Part shown: positions 37,143 to 46,637 of the stretch, piece after piece | Layout of the letters: every line of letters starts with the position of its first letter | Numbering within the stretch: position 1 is the first letter of the stretch | NCBI GenBank assembly: GCA_964496815.1 | Contig: CAZCAO010000003.1 | Coordinates: forward strand, 1-61,778 | DNA length: 61,778 nucleotides | DNA from: an uncultured Candidatus Saccharibacteria bacterium | GTDB lineage: Bacteria > Patescibacteriota > Saccharimonadia > CAILAD01 > JADZBC01 | Reading direction: 5' to 3' | The notes under the pieces: model-generated | Told to the model about the DNA's origin: nothing | The model's database searches: none | Seen by the model: the letters and a program-made list of their open reading frames with translations, nothing else | Position numbers and translations under genes: made by a program

Positions 37143-38393
37143 ATGAAGTATTCCCAATTATTCTCACAAACTAGCAAGAACGTGTCTGAACAGGAAAAGT
37201 CACTCAACGCGCAGCTTTTAACTCGCGCTGGTTTTGTAGACCAGCTTATGGCTGGCGTGTATAGTTATTTACCATTGGGCCTGATCACACTCCGTAAGAT
37301 TGAAAACATTGTCCGTAGGCGTATGAACGAGCTTGGTTCTCAGGAGGTGCTTATGCCAACGTTGCACCCGAGTTCGATATGGAAGACGACAGGCGGCTGG
37401 GATAGTATTGACGTACTGTTTAAGATAAATAGCCGTACGGGCAATGAATATGCCCTTGGCCAAAGTGAAGAAGAAGTAGTCGCGCCACTAGTACTGAGTC
37501 GCGCCCAGTCGTATCGCAATTTGCCGCTATCGGTATACCAAATTGGCTGGAAGTACCGGGATGAACTGCGCGCTAAATCTGGCATTATGCGCGGTCGAGA
37601 ATTCCTCATGAAAGACATGTATAGCTTTCATACAAGCCAGGAAGACTTTGACGCGTACTATAAGAAGGCGAAAGATGTTTACATCGAGGTGTTTAAGGAG
37701 CTCGGCCTAGAAGCAAAAGTCACCGAAGCCTCGGGTGGTAACTTCACCGACAAAGTGTCCTACGAATTCGAAGTATTAACCGACGCTGGTGAAGATACAA
37801 TTTATTATTGTGACTCTTGTGATTTTTGTGTTGAAGACGAGATTGCCGAGGTACGATCAGGCGATACGTGCCCACGTTGTGGCAAAGGCAAACTTAAAGA
37901 GGCTAAGGCGGCCGAGGTGGGCAATGTGTTTGACCTCGGACAAAAGTTTTCTAAGGCCTTTGACCTAGCTTATACCGACAGTGATGGTAAGAAGCAGTAC
38001 GCAATTATGGGCTGTTACGGCATAGGCGTTAGTAGGGTTATGGGCGTGATCGCCGAAAAACATCATGACGACAAAGGCTTAGTTTGGCCAGAAAACGTCG
38101 CCCCATTTAAATACCACATCGTGGCACTACCAGACGATGCTAATATTGAGGCTGGAGCTAAAATATATAGCCAGCTGGGTGCAGAGGATTGTTTGTTTGA
38201 TGATCGTAGTGAGGTGAGTCCAGGAGCAAAGTTTGCTGATGCTGATTTGATTGGTTGCCCTGTGCAGATTGTGGTGTCGCGCAAAACACTGGAGCAGGAT
38301 TCAGTCGAGGTAGTTAGTAGGAATGGTTCATTTGAAACTTTTATGCTGCCAGTCGCGGAAGTTCAAGATATCGAAAGCCACTTATCTGCATAG
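37143..38393 (+). CDS. proS: Proline--tRNA ligase, short form without INS editing domain
   Basis: GVYSYLPLG, YQIGWKYRDELR..SGIMRGREFLMKD, EVGNVFDLG, MGCYGIGVSR, FADADLIG. Confidence 0.95.
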   Translation: MKYSQLFSQTSKNVSEQEKSLNAQLLTRAGFVDQLMAGVYSYLPLGLITLRKIENIVRRRMNELGSQEVLMPTLHPSSIWKTTGGWDSIDVLFKINSRTGNEYALGQSEEEVVAPLVLSRAQSYRNLPLSVYQIGWKYRDELRAKSGIMRGREFLMKDMYSFHTSQEDFDAYYKKAKDVYIEVFKELGLEAKVTEASGGNFTDKVSYEFEVLTDAGEDTIYYCDSCDFCVEDEIAEVRSGDTCPRCGKGKLKEAKAAEVGNVFDLGQKFSKAFDLAYTDSDGKKQYAIMGCYGIGVSRVMGVIAEKHHDDKGLVWPENVAPFKYHIVALPDDANIEAGAKIYSQLGAEDCLFDDRSEVSPGAKFADADLIGCPVQIVVSRKTLEQDSVEVVSRNGSFETFMLPVAEVQDIESHLSA

Positions 38394-38399
38394 GCCCTC

Positions 38400-38660
38400 A
38401 TGTCTGATTTTAAAGACAAAGTTTACGAAGTAGTACGTCAAATACCGAAAGGCGTGGTTATGACGTACGGAGAGGTGGCCAAGGCCGCCGGCAGTCCAGG
38501 TGCTGCGCGCGCTGTAGGTACAGTGCTGAGTAAGAATTATGACCCTAGCGTCCCTTGTCATCGTGTAGTTCGAAGCGACGGCAGTGCAGGGGAGTACAAC
38601 CGCGGACGTGATCAAAAGCTACAGATACTAAATCGTGAAGGTGTGTATAACCTTCATTAG
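38400..38660 (+). CDS. Minimal O6-alkylguanine alkyltransferase (MGMT C-terminal domain)
   Basis: TYGEVA, AARAVG, VPCHRVV. Confidence 0.88.
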   Translation: MSDFKDKVYEVVRQIPKGVVMTYGEVAKAAGSPGAARAVGTVLSKNYDPSVPCHRVVRSDGSAGEYNRGRDQKLQILNREGVYNLH

Positions 38661-38683
38661 TCGAGGTTTGCTATACTATCCTT

Positions 38684-39274
38684 ATGGCCGTAACTAAGAC
38701 AGCTTTACAGACAGAGAGTCAGACTGCGCTTGGTCTTACATCCTTTTTAGGCGGGGCAGCGCTTTTCTTCACGGGTATTCTTATCGCTCAGATCAATAAT
38801 TTCTCCTCAACCATTAAGGTACCCATCGCTTATCTGATAATATCTACCTTCGCGTTTATCTTCGCCTCAATAATTTACGCAAATGTTAGCGGGCAGATAA
38901 GGATGAATAGACTTGGCGTAGTGAAGAGGTCTATTCTTGTCGCAAATTCGTTATCCGAGTTTTTAGGTATATACCTGTTTATTATTGCGATTCCAATGGT
39001 GCTAAGTGCGATTACGAGTGACTTAGTGTTGCGCTATATCGTAGACGTAGCTGCGATTATAAGTTTAGTTCTGTATACGCATTCGAGCTTTTCAATTTTT
39101 CGAAGGAGTTTCACCGCTAGGTCGGGTTATTACTTTTCGGGTAGCCTTATTGCGGCCATGTTGGTACTGTATGGTATTCAAGGGGTGAATAACACTCTTT
39201 ACGTCGGGTCTTCGGTTTTTCTAATACTCGTACTGCTAGCTGCCACGATTCTTTCTGAAGAGAGTAAGCAGTGA
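38684..39274 (+). CDS. Hypothetical membrane protein (about 6 TM)
   Basis: Hydrophobic throughout; ATG 6 nt after TATACT. Confidence 0.75.
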   Translation: MAVTKTALQTESQTALGLTSFLGGAALFFTGILIAQINNFSSTIKVPIAYLIISTFAFIFASIIYANVSGQIRMNRLGVVKRSILVANSLSEFLGIYLFIIAIPMVLSAITSDLVLRYIVDVAAIISLVLYTHSSFSIFRRSFTARSGYYFSGSLIAAMLVLYGIQGVNNTLYVGSSVFLILVLLAATILSEESKQ

Positions 39275-40074
39275 CGAGCCTAAAGATCTTCTCCTGGAAC
39301 GTGAATGGTATTCGCGCCGTGTTGCGTAAAGACGCTTTTTTGCCGTTCATCGACGAGCACAAGCCAGACATTCTTTGCCTGCAAGAAACTAAAGCAAAAC
39401 GTGAGCAAGTTGAACTTGATTTGCCAGATTATGCCGAGTATTGGAACTCCGCCCAAAGGCCGGGCTATTCTGGTACGGCTATCTTTTCAAAGACTGAGCC
39501 ATTGCACGTTGTTAATGGGTTGCCCAAAGAAATAATTGCCAAGTACGATATGGCCGATGGCTACGGAGACCCAAATGCTGAAGGGCGCGTTATGACCGCC
39601 GAATACAACGATTTTTATCTTGTAACGGTATATACTCCAAACGCCAAGGACGACTTGTCGCGTATTCCATTACGGCATAAGCATTGGGATCCGGCGTTTT
39701 TGGACTATTGCCAAATGCTGGAAAAGAAAAAACCAGTCGTGTTTTGCGGCGACTTGAACGTGGCTCATACCGAGGACGACTTGGCTCGGCCTAAGCCGAA
39801 CGTCGGCAAAAAGGGCTTTACCGATGAAGAGCGCGAGGGTTTTCAGAACTTTATTGATGCCGGCTTCGTGGATACACTCCGTATGTTTCACCAGGGCAAT
39901 GGCTATTACACATGGTGGTCACATTGGGGTGGTGCGCGGGCGAATAACGTTGGCTGGCGTATTGATTATGTTTTGGTTTCAGCTTCACTAAAGGACAAGG
40001 TAGTGTCGGCAGACATTTACCCAGAAGTGATTGGTTCCGATCATTGCCCAGTTAGTGTCGAATTAGATATATAA
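39271..40074 (+). CDS. xth: Exodeoxyribonuclease III / AP endonuclease
   Basis: SWNVNGIRA, LQETK, YTPN, GDLNVAH, GWRIDY, SDHCP. Confidence 0.96.
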   Translation: MTSLKIFSWNVNGIRAVLRKDAFLPFIDEHKPDILCLQETKAKREQVELDLPDYAEYWNSAQRPGYSGTAIFSKTEPLHVVNGLPKEIIAKYDMADGYGDPNAEGRVMTAEYNDFYLVTVYTPNAKDDLSRIPLRHKHWDPAFLDYCQMLEKKKPVVFCGDLNVAHTEDDLARPKPNVGKKGFTDEEREGFQNFIDAGFVDTLRMFHQGNGYYTWWSHWGGARANNVGWRIDYVLVSASLKDKVVSADIYPEVIGSDHCPVSVELDI

Positions 40075-40147
40075 TGCTTCGTAAATGAGGGAGGCCCCTG
40101 CCGGAGATCGTCGTTGATCTCGAGCAGGGGCCTTGGTTGGTTGGGTT

Positions 40148-40813
40148 CTATCGCAGGGCGTAGTGCCGTGCTTCGATCATCTCCCAGAGAGCAACGATGC
40201 GGTCCGAGACCTGGTTGACGGTCCAAGTGCTGGTGTCGATCTGGACGGCATCTGGGTGCTTGATCATCGGAGACGTCTTGCGCGAGGCGTCCTTGTTGTT
40301 GCGACTGACGAGGTCCTCGACGCTACAGCCCCTGCGAGAGGCTGCGATGACGGGGTCGCACGTGAGCCAGATCTTCAGTTCGGAGTCGGGAATCTCCCAG
40401 GCCCCCGCTCGACCCTCGATGATGCTGAGAGGTCGATCCGCGATAAAGCGCCTTGCAAGGCTTTCCACCACCTTGCGTACTTCTGGAATTTCTGCAACGT
40501 AGGGAACGAAGCGGTCGACCTCGGGCGCGTGGAGAACACCGGAGCAGCTCGCCCCGTTGACACTGCTCACGCTGCCGTCGGCGAACTCAAGCTCGTATCC
40601 CCGGACGGTGCGGCCCGCCAGCCCAGGCTCTACAATCAAGTTCGCTCCTCCCCAGCCTTCGTTCATGAGCTGAAGCGCGAAAGCGCGGTAGATCTCGCCG
40701 GAGTTGAGATAGTCGCAGCCAAGCTTCCTGCCGGTTGCTTCGCCATTCGAGCTTGTGCCCGTTCCTCCTCCTCCATCGATGACGATGACTCGCTGTTTTA
40801 CTCGAGAAGCCAT
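40148..40813 (-). CDS. Cytidylate kinase-like protein with degenerate P-loop, GC-rich solitary ORF
   Basis: IVIDGGGGTGTSS, NSGEIYRA, IIEGR, KIWLT, SPM..HPDA..IDTS; start from SD AAGGGAG and promoter TTGTCT-17-TAGGAT. Confidence 0.8.
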   Translation of the reverse strand: MASRVKQRVIVIDGGGGTGTSSNGEATGRKLGCDYLNSGEIYRAFALQLMNEGWGGANLIVEPGLAGRTVRGYELEFADGSVSSVNGASCSGVLHAPEVDRFVPYVAEIPEVRKVVESLARRFIADRPLSIIEGRAGAWEIPDSELKIWLTCDPVIAASRRGCSVEDLVSRNNKDASRKTSPMIKHPDAVQIDTSTWTVNQVSDRIVALWEMIEARHYALR

Positions 40814-40983
40814 GACTTCTCCCTTCTTGATCGAGAGATGTAAGGGAACCAGATATATCCTACAATCATAATTGAGACCAGACAAGCATGTGCAGTTTGT
40901 GGCCATGTAGTCTTGATTAGAGTGGCCATTTCTGATAGAATAACAACCAATTGTTTAGTATTAGTAATTAGGAACACAACAAT

Positions 40984-41157
40984 ATGGCAAAGAAAATGGC
41001 ACGCGAGCTGATTGTGCTGAAGAACCCAAAAACGGGCACTCTGTACTTTACTCGCAAAAACAAGACAAATAGCCCGGACAAGATTTCACTTAAGAAATTT
41101 GATAAGGCAACTCGTAAGGTCGAGGTATTTACCGAAACCAAGATGAAGCTCGGCTAA
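40984..41157 (+). CDS. rpmG: 50S ribosomal protein L33 (Cys-free), absent from the ORF track
   Basis: MAKKMARELIVLKNPKTGTLYFTRKNKTNSPDKISLKKFD...; 57 aa, translated by hand. Confidence 0.9.
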   Translation: MAKKMARELIVLKNPKTGTLYFTRKNKTNSPDKISLKKFDKATRKVEVFTETKMKLG

Positions 41158-41171
41158 GCCGAGCTTTTTTT
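41146..41171 (+). terminator. Terminator overlapping the rpmG end, with the stop codon as its loop
   Basis: AAGCTCGGC-TAA-GCCGAGCTT plus T-run. Confidence 0.8.
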
Positions 41172-41200
41172 GTACATCCTAATCTGGTATTATCCTAAGT

Positions 41201-41875
41201 ATGAAAAAGAAATTCGGTCCAATCTTTATTACCCTAGCAATTATTGCCACTATACTATTTGTGGTATTTGCCGTGCTGAACCCCAGCAATGATAGTAAAC
41301 CAAGTGACAATGCAGATAAGCCTAAAGTTGTAGCTAACGATGCGCAAAAAGCCCAGATGAAGCAAGGCAACAGCAAAGGCAATATGGCATCTAAAGTTGT
41401 GGTAACTGAGTTTGGTGATTTTCAGTGTCCTGCTTGTGCCAATGTCGAGGAGATACTCAAGCAGAGTGTATGGCCGCAGTATGGCGAGAAGGTAGGATTT
41501 GTATTCAAACATTTCCCGCTGACTCAGATTCACAAGAACGCATTGAGCTCTGCTTATGCGTCAGAAGCGGCTGCCGTGCAGGGCAAGTTCTGGGAAATGC
41601 ATGACATTCTTTATGCCAAGCAGACAGAATGGAGTGAGCTAGCTGACCCGCAAAGCAAATATGAAGGGTACGCCTCGCAGCTTGGTTTGGATGTGGCGAA
41701 GTTCAAACAAGACATGAAGTCCAAAGCGACCAAGGACAAAGTAGAAAATGACAAAAAGCTAGGCGAAGACCTGAAGCTACCTGGCACCCCGAGCTTCTTC
41801 GTGAATGGTGTGCTCGTGGAGCTGAATGCTATCACTGATTTAACAAATGCAATTGAAAAAGCTCTCGCGCAATAA
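41201..41875 (+). CDS. dsbA: Membrane-anchored DsbA-family oxidoreductase
   Basis: N-terminal TM, EFGDFQCPAC, FKHFPL, KFWEMHD, GTPSFFVNG. Confidence 0.9.
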   Translation: MKKKFGPIFITLAIIATILFVVFAVLNPSNDSKPSDNADKPKVVANDAQKAQMKQGNSKGNMASKVVVTEFGDFQCPACANVEEILKQSVWPQYGEKVGFVFKHFPLTQIHKNALSSAYASEAAAVQGKFWEMHDILYAKQTEWSELADPQSKYEGYASQLGLDVAKFKQDMKSKATKDKVENDKKLGEDLKLPGTPSFFVNGVLVELNAITDLTNAIEKALAQ

Positions 41876-42305
41876 ACTCATCGCTGGCATTATGGTCGTC
41901 CTGGCGTCACTCGGACTACTTGATGCTGCACTGCTAACCCAGCAGCATTATAGCGGCAAAGTTTTACCATGTTCGATTACGCGAGGTTGCGAAACTGTCC
42001 TGACGAGCAAGTATTCAGAGGTTTTTGGCATCCCTGTTGCCCTGTTCGGTGTGGCATTTTATGTTGGGATGCTGATTTTGGCACTCTACTATATACAACT
42101 CCAACACGTCTGGCTCAAAAGAGTACTGTTGCTCGGTGGAATCGTTGGTTTTGTAAGTTCAATGGTGCTTGTGTATATCCAGGGCGCCATAATTGGGGCC
42201 TGGTGTCAGTACTGCTTGCTCTCAGCTCTTAGCTCGACACTATTGCTCATATTGAGCGGGCTACTATTTACAACCAAGGAGGATACAGCGCATGAAAAAG
42301 CTTGA
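41847..42305 (+). CDS. VKOR-family disulfide-bond formation protein
   Basis: CSITRGCETVL..YS..FGIP and AWCQYC. Confidence 0.9.
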   Translation: MQLKKLSRNKLIAGIMVVLASLGLLDAALLTQQHYSGKVLPCSITRGCETVLTSKYSEVFGIPVALFGVAFYVGMLILALYYIQLQHVWLKRVLLLGGIVGFVSSMVLVYIQGAIIGAWCQYCLLSALSSTLLLILSGLLFTTKEDTAHEKA

Positions 42306-42621
42306 ACACATTATTGAGTTTTACGGTGAGACCTGTCCGCATTGCATTGCACTTAAGCCGATTGTCAAAGGACTCGAGAAGGATCTTGGGGTTGAAATTC
42401 GAAAATTGGAAGTGTGGAACGACGACAAGAATAAAAAACTCATGATGGAGTACGAAGACATTATCGGAGATGCCTGTGGTGGCTTTGCTGCAGTACCGGC
42501 ACTGGTAAATACCAAGACCAAGCAGGCACTTTGCGGCATGCACGACGCCAAAGACATCCAGGCCTTGATTGAGGGAGCTGACTGTAGTGGTAATGTTTGT
42601 AAGCCGCATACCAAAGTCTAG
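42292..42621 (+). CDS. Thioredoxin-like protein
   Basis: FYGETCPHC, AVPAL; four extra Cys. Confidence 0.8.
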   Translation: MKKLEHIIEFYGETCPHCIALKPIVKGLEKDLGVEIRKLEVWNDDKNKKLMMEYEDIIGDACGGFAAVPALVNTKTKQALCGMHDAKDIQALIEGADCSGNVCKPHTKV

Positions 42622-42694
42622 CTAGATTCGTTTGAAGGCTTACGCCTAAAAGAGTACAATGTAAGCATAAGAACTGAGAACTAAAGGAGGGTGC

Positions 42695-43711
42695 ATGGCG
42701 CTAATACGCGTTGCTATTAATGGTTTTGGTAGAATCGGTCGTAATGCGTTTAAGTTGGCGATGGCGAATCCCGCCCTGGAAGTTGTTGCGATTAACGACC
42801 TAACCGATACAGCTACCTTGGCACACTTGCTGCGTCACGACAGTAACTATGGCGAGTATCATGCAGAAGTTGTCGCCGGTGACGGCTTTATAACCGTAGC
42901 GGATAAAAAGGTACAAGTAACCGCTATAAAGGAGCCCAATAAGCTGCCTTGGGACAAGTTAGGCGTTGACGTTGTCATAGAGTCGACCGGTCGTTTTACT
43001 GAATACGAAGATCTGAAGCTACACCTTGCGGCGGGTGCCAAAAAAGTCGTTCTCTCGGCACCCGAAAAGGACGACACTCATGGTGACACCTACGTGATTG
43101 GTGCGAATGAGCATCAGCTCAAAAGTGATCATAAAATTATCTCAAATGCTTCCTGTACAACCAACTGTATTGCCCCTGTGATGGCAGTACTCGAGCAGGA
43201 GCTTGGCGTAGCAAAGTCGCTTATGACGACTGTGCATTCATATACGGCTAGTCAGATGCTTCAGGATGGGCCGGCCAAAGACTTACGCGAAGCACGGGCT
43301 GCGGCACAGAATATTGTACCTACAACCACCGGGGCGGCGATTGCTGCCGCACTTACCGTTCCTAGTCTGAAGGGTCACTTTGATGGTTTGAGCGTTCGGG
43401 TGCCATCGCCAGTCGTGTCATTAAGCGACATTACCTTTGTGGCCAAACGAAAAACATCGATCGAAGAAGTGAATAAGATTTTACGTCACGCAGCAGCTAC
43501 GAGCCACCGAGGCATTATCGAAGTAACAGACCAGGAGCTCGTCTCAGTTGATTTTAAAGGTAACCCGCATTCCGCAATAGTCGATGCCAAACTGACCAAC
43601 GTGGTAGATGGCGATTTGGTCAAGGTTGTAGCTTGGTACGACAACGAGTGGGGCTATTCGAATAGGCTTGTAGAAATGGTCGAGCTGGCGGGTAACTCGA
43701 TAAAAAAGTAA
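42695..43711 (+). CDS. gap: Type I glyceraldehyde-3-phosphate dehydrogenase
   Basis: INGFGRIGR, SNASCTTNC, AWYDNEWGYS. Confidence 0.97.
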   Translation: MALIRVAINGFGRIGRNAFKLAMANPALEVVAINDLTDTATLAHLLRHDSNYGEYHAEVVAGDGFITVADKKVQVTAIKEPNKLPWDKLGVDVVIESTGRFTEYEDLKLHLAAGAKKVVLSAPEKDDTHGDTYVIGANEHQLKSDHKIISNASCTTNCIAPVMAVLEQELGVAKSLMTTVHSYTASQMLQDGPAKDLREARAAAQNIVPTTTGAAIAAALTVPSLKGHFDGLSVRVPSPVVSLSDITFVAKRKTSIEEVNKILRHAAATSHRGIIEVTDQELVSVDFKGNPHSAIVDAKLTNVVDGDLVKVVAWYDNEWGYSNRLVEMVELAGNSIKK

Positions 43712-44160
43712 TGAAAGTTTATATTGCCTCTGACCATGCTGGATACACCAAGAAGCAGCATTTAGCAGACAGGCTGTCGAGTGAGTTCGTCGTTATAGAT
43801 TTGGGCCCAGAGCAGCTCAACCCTGGTGATGATTATCCAGTTTTTGCTGAACGAGTTGCCCGGGCAGTAGTAGATGACGTGGGCTCGATGGGCGTCTTGG
43901 TGTGCGATAGCGGCCAAGGTATGGAGATAGCGGCCAATAAGGTCGACGGCGTAAGGGCTGCCGTGGCATGGAACGAGCACATTGCCTATGAGACGCGTAG
44001 AGATAATGATAGTAATGTCCTGAGCCTTCCGGCGGCCGAGTTGAGTGAGGATGAAATGCTCAAGATTGTCCGAACTTGGCTAGCAACGAAATTTTCTGAC
44101 GAGGACCGGCACAAGCGGCGACTAGAAGAGATCAAGGATATCGAGGAGAGTAATGGCTAA
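43711..44160 (+). CDS. rpiB: Ribose-5-phosphate isomerase B
   Basis: SDHAG, DDYP, VCDSGQGM..AANK..GVRAA, RHKRR. Confidence 0.93.
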   Translation: MKVYIASDHAGYTKKQHLADRLSSEFVVIDLGPEQLNPGDDYPVFAERVARAVVDDVGSMGVLVCDSGQGMEIAANKVDGVRAAVAWNEHIAYETRRDNDSNVLSLPAAELSEDEMLKIVRTWLATKFSDEDRHKRRLEEIKDIEESNG

Positions 44161-44782
44161 AATCGTACCCGCGATACTGGCTTCTAACCCGGAAGAGTAC
44201 CAGCAAAAGATACGACTGGTACGACAATTGACTGATCGTTATCAGCTTGACGTGATCGACTCAGAATATGCGGATAACCCGACATTAGATTTACGTCAAA
44301 TTGAGCCACGCAGGGATATGCTCTGCGATGTACACCTTATGTCCAGGCGGCCGCTTCATTACCTTAACGACATCCTGGCACTTAAGCCACACATGGTTAT
44401 CTTTCAGTATGAAGGTGCGGAGGATCTTGTATCTGCACTTGAGAAGGTTAAGGCGCGCGGGGTTCTGGTAGGCCTTGCGCTTAACCCGGCTACAGAGGTG
44501 GATGAAGTTGGTTCGTTATTGCCACAGATTGATCATGTTCTTATCATGGCCTATACTGCAGGCTTTGCCGGCCAAACACTACAGCCTAAGGTGTTGAAAA
44601 AAGCTGATACTACTAGACAACTGGCCCCAACGCTTGAGGTCGGACTCGATGGTGGGGTTAGTGAAGATACGCTTGCGAAAATTGCCAAGGCTAAATTTGA
44701 CGTTGTTAATACAAATTCTTATCTCTTTGGCTCTGACGATGTATTGAGTCGCTATTCCGAGTTGATGGAAGCCCTAGCATGA
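44153..44782 (+). CDS. rpe: Ribulose-phosphate 3-epimerase
   Basis: DVHLM, GLALNPAT, LIMA..AGFAGQ, LDGG. Confidence 0.88.
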   Translation: MAKIVPAILASNPEEYQQKIRLVRQLTDRYQLDVIDSEYADNPTLDLRQIEPRRDMLCDVHLMSRRPLHYLNDILALKPHMVIFQYEGAEDLVSALEKVKARGVLVGLALNPATEVDEVGSLLPQIDHVLIMAYTAGFAGQTLQPKVLKKADTTRQLAPTLEVGLDGGVSEDTLAKIAKAKFDVVNTNSYLFGSDDVLSRYSELMEALA

Positions 44783-45651
44783 ATCGACTGAGTACTAAAC
44801 AACTAGAGTTGAAGGCAACTGCGATTCGAGAGGACGTTATTCAAATGCTTTTGGCGGCTGGCAGTGGTCATACTGCTGGACCTCTTGGCATGGCAGATGT
44901 AGTGACTGCACTTTACTTCGAAGTTCTGAATCACGATCCGAAGAAGCCACGCTGGAAAGGTCGTGATAGACTTGTCCTGTCTAACGGACATATCGTGCCG
45001 GTTCTTTACGCGGCTTTGGCAGAATCTGACTATCTTCCAAAGTCTGAGCTGTTGACTCTTCGTAAGTTCGGTAGTCGCTTACAGGGTCACCCAGAGCGAC
45101 TTCGTCTGCCAGGACTCGAGACGACGAGTGGTCCGCTGGGATCTGGGCTGAGTCAGGCCATTGGAATGGCGCTCGGCTTACGCATGGATGACAGTAGAGA
45201 ACAGCGGGTATATTGCTTGACCGGAGACGGGGAGCTCGATGAAGGTAATATATGGGAGGCAGTTATGCTGGCGGGGAAGCAGCGCTTGTCTAACCTGACA
45301 GTAATTATTGATCGAAATAACATCCAAATTGATGGCCCGACCGAAGACGTTATGCCGCTTGAACCGTTGGCTATGAAATGGCAGGCGTTTAATTGGCATG
45401 TGATCGAGATCGATGGCCATAACTTCGAGGAGATTATTGCGGCTTGCAACTTAGCTAAAGCCGTTTATGAGCGCCCAACATGCATTATAGCTCACACTAT
45501 TCCTGGCAAAGGCGTTGATTTCATGCAAAACGATTTTCGATGGCACGGCTATGATCCTGCCGGTGATCGCGAGAAACAGCGTCGCGACTATCACGCAGCG
45601 CTCGAAAAACTCAGAACTCTTAACGGGCAGATTAGGAGTGAACACGAATGA
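44779..45651 (+). CDS. Transketolase, N-terminal subunit
   Basis: SGHTAG, LSNGH, LQGHP, GDGELDEG TPP motif. Confidence 0.95.
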   Translation: MNRLSTKQLELKATAIREDVIQMLLAAGSGHTAGPLGMADVVTALYFEVLNHDPKKPRWKGRDRLVLSNGHIVPVLYAALAESDYLPKSELLTLRKFGSRLQGHPERLRLPGLETTSGPLGSGLSQAIGMALGLRMDDSREQRVYCLTGDGELDEGNIWEAVMLAGKQRLSNLTVIIDRNNIQIDGPTEDVMPLEPLAMKWQAFNWHVIEIDGHNFEEIIAACNLAKAVYERPTCIIAHTIPGKGVDFMQNDFRWHGYDPAGDREKQRRDYHAALEKLRTLNGQIRSEHE

Positions 45652-46637
45652 TCCAGCCATCTCAGCATTTGAATCCTGATATATACTCAGACAAACTTGA
45701 GCATGCTCCGACGCGGCGTGGTTTTGGTGAAGGATTGCTTGAGGTAGGCAAGAGTGACAGTAGCGTGGTTGCACTATGTGCTGATTTAACAGAGTCAACT
45801 CAAATGCAGTTGTTTCGTGATGAGTTTCCAGATCGTTTTATTGAGGTTGGTATAGCCGAGCAGAATCTTGTAACTGTGGCCAGTGGGCTAGCCGCTGTTG
45901 GCAAAAAGCCGTTCGTGAGTAGCTATGCGGCTTTCTCGCCCGGTCGTAATTGGGAACAAATTCGTACGACGATTGCTCTGAACGATCAGCCAGTTGTAAT
46001 CGTCGGATCACATGCTGGCTTGTCGGTTGGTCCAGATGGCGCTACTCACCAGATGCTCGAAGACATAGCACTGATGCGTGTGCTGCCAAATATGACCGTA
46101 CTCGTGCCGGCCGACATTCATGAAGCTCGCAAGGCTGTCTTGGCTGTTGCAAACTTAGGCCACCCTGCCTACATTCGCCTAGCACGCGAAAAAACCGCTG
46201 TCATAACTACTCCCGAGACACCTTTTGAGATTGGTAAGGCACAAATACTTCATGAAGGCGAAGACGTGGCAATTTTTGCATGCGGCCCATTGCTGCACGA
46301 AGCTCTATTGGCCGCTCGGGCGCTCGAGCAGGCTGGCGTGAGGGCAGAAGTAGTTAACGTGGCAACCATCAAGCCCCTAGATGAATCAACTATCATTGCA
46401 AGCGTACGCAAAACGGGCGCAGTAGTAACCGTAGAAGAAGGCCAGGTCGCTGGTGGTCTAGGAGGTGTCATTGCAGAGTTATTGGTTGAGCAGCTACCCA
46501 CGCCGCTTCGCCGCATAGGGGTTGCTGATAAGTTCGGTCAGTCTGGCAATGTAGCCCAACTTTGGCAGGCTTATGGCCTCAATGCTGAAGCTATTACCAC
46601 CGCTGCTCAGGATGTAGTAAAAAGGAAGGTGATATGA
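45648..46637 (+). CDS. Transketolase, C-terminal subunit
   Basis: GIAEQN, GPDGATHQ, YIRLAR, VTVEE. Confidence 0.95.
   Translation: MIQPSQHLNPDIYSDKLEHAPTRRGFGEGLLEVGKSDSSVVALCADLTESTQMQLFRDEFPDRFIEVGIAEQNLVTVASGLAAVGKKPFVSSYAAFSPGRNWEQIRTTIALNDQPVVIVGSHAGLSVGPDGATHQMLEDIALMRVLPNMTVLVPADIHEARKAVLAVANLGHPAYIRLAREKTAVITTPETPFEIGKAQILHEGEDVAIFACGPLLHEALLAARALEQAGVRAEVVNVATIKPLDESTIIASVRKTGAVVTVEEGQVAGGLGGVIAELLVEQLPTPLRRIGVADKFGQSGNVAQLWQAYGLNAEAITTAAQDVVKRKVI

Noticed and set aside
40110-40115. Guanidine-II (ACGR loop) riboswitch reading of the AACGAC loops
   Set aside because: The hairpins are single, lie 3' of genes and lack the G-C-closed ACGR tetraloop pair.
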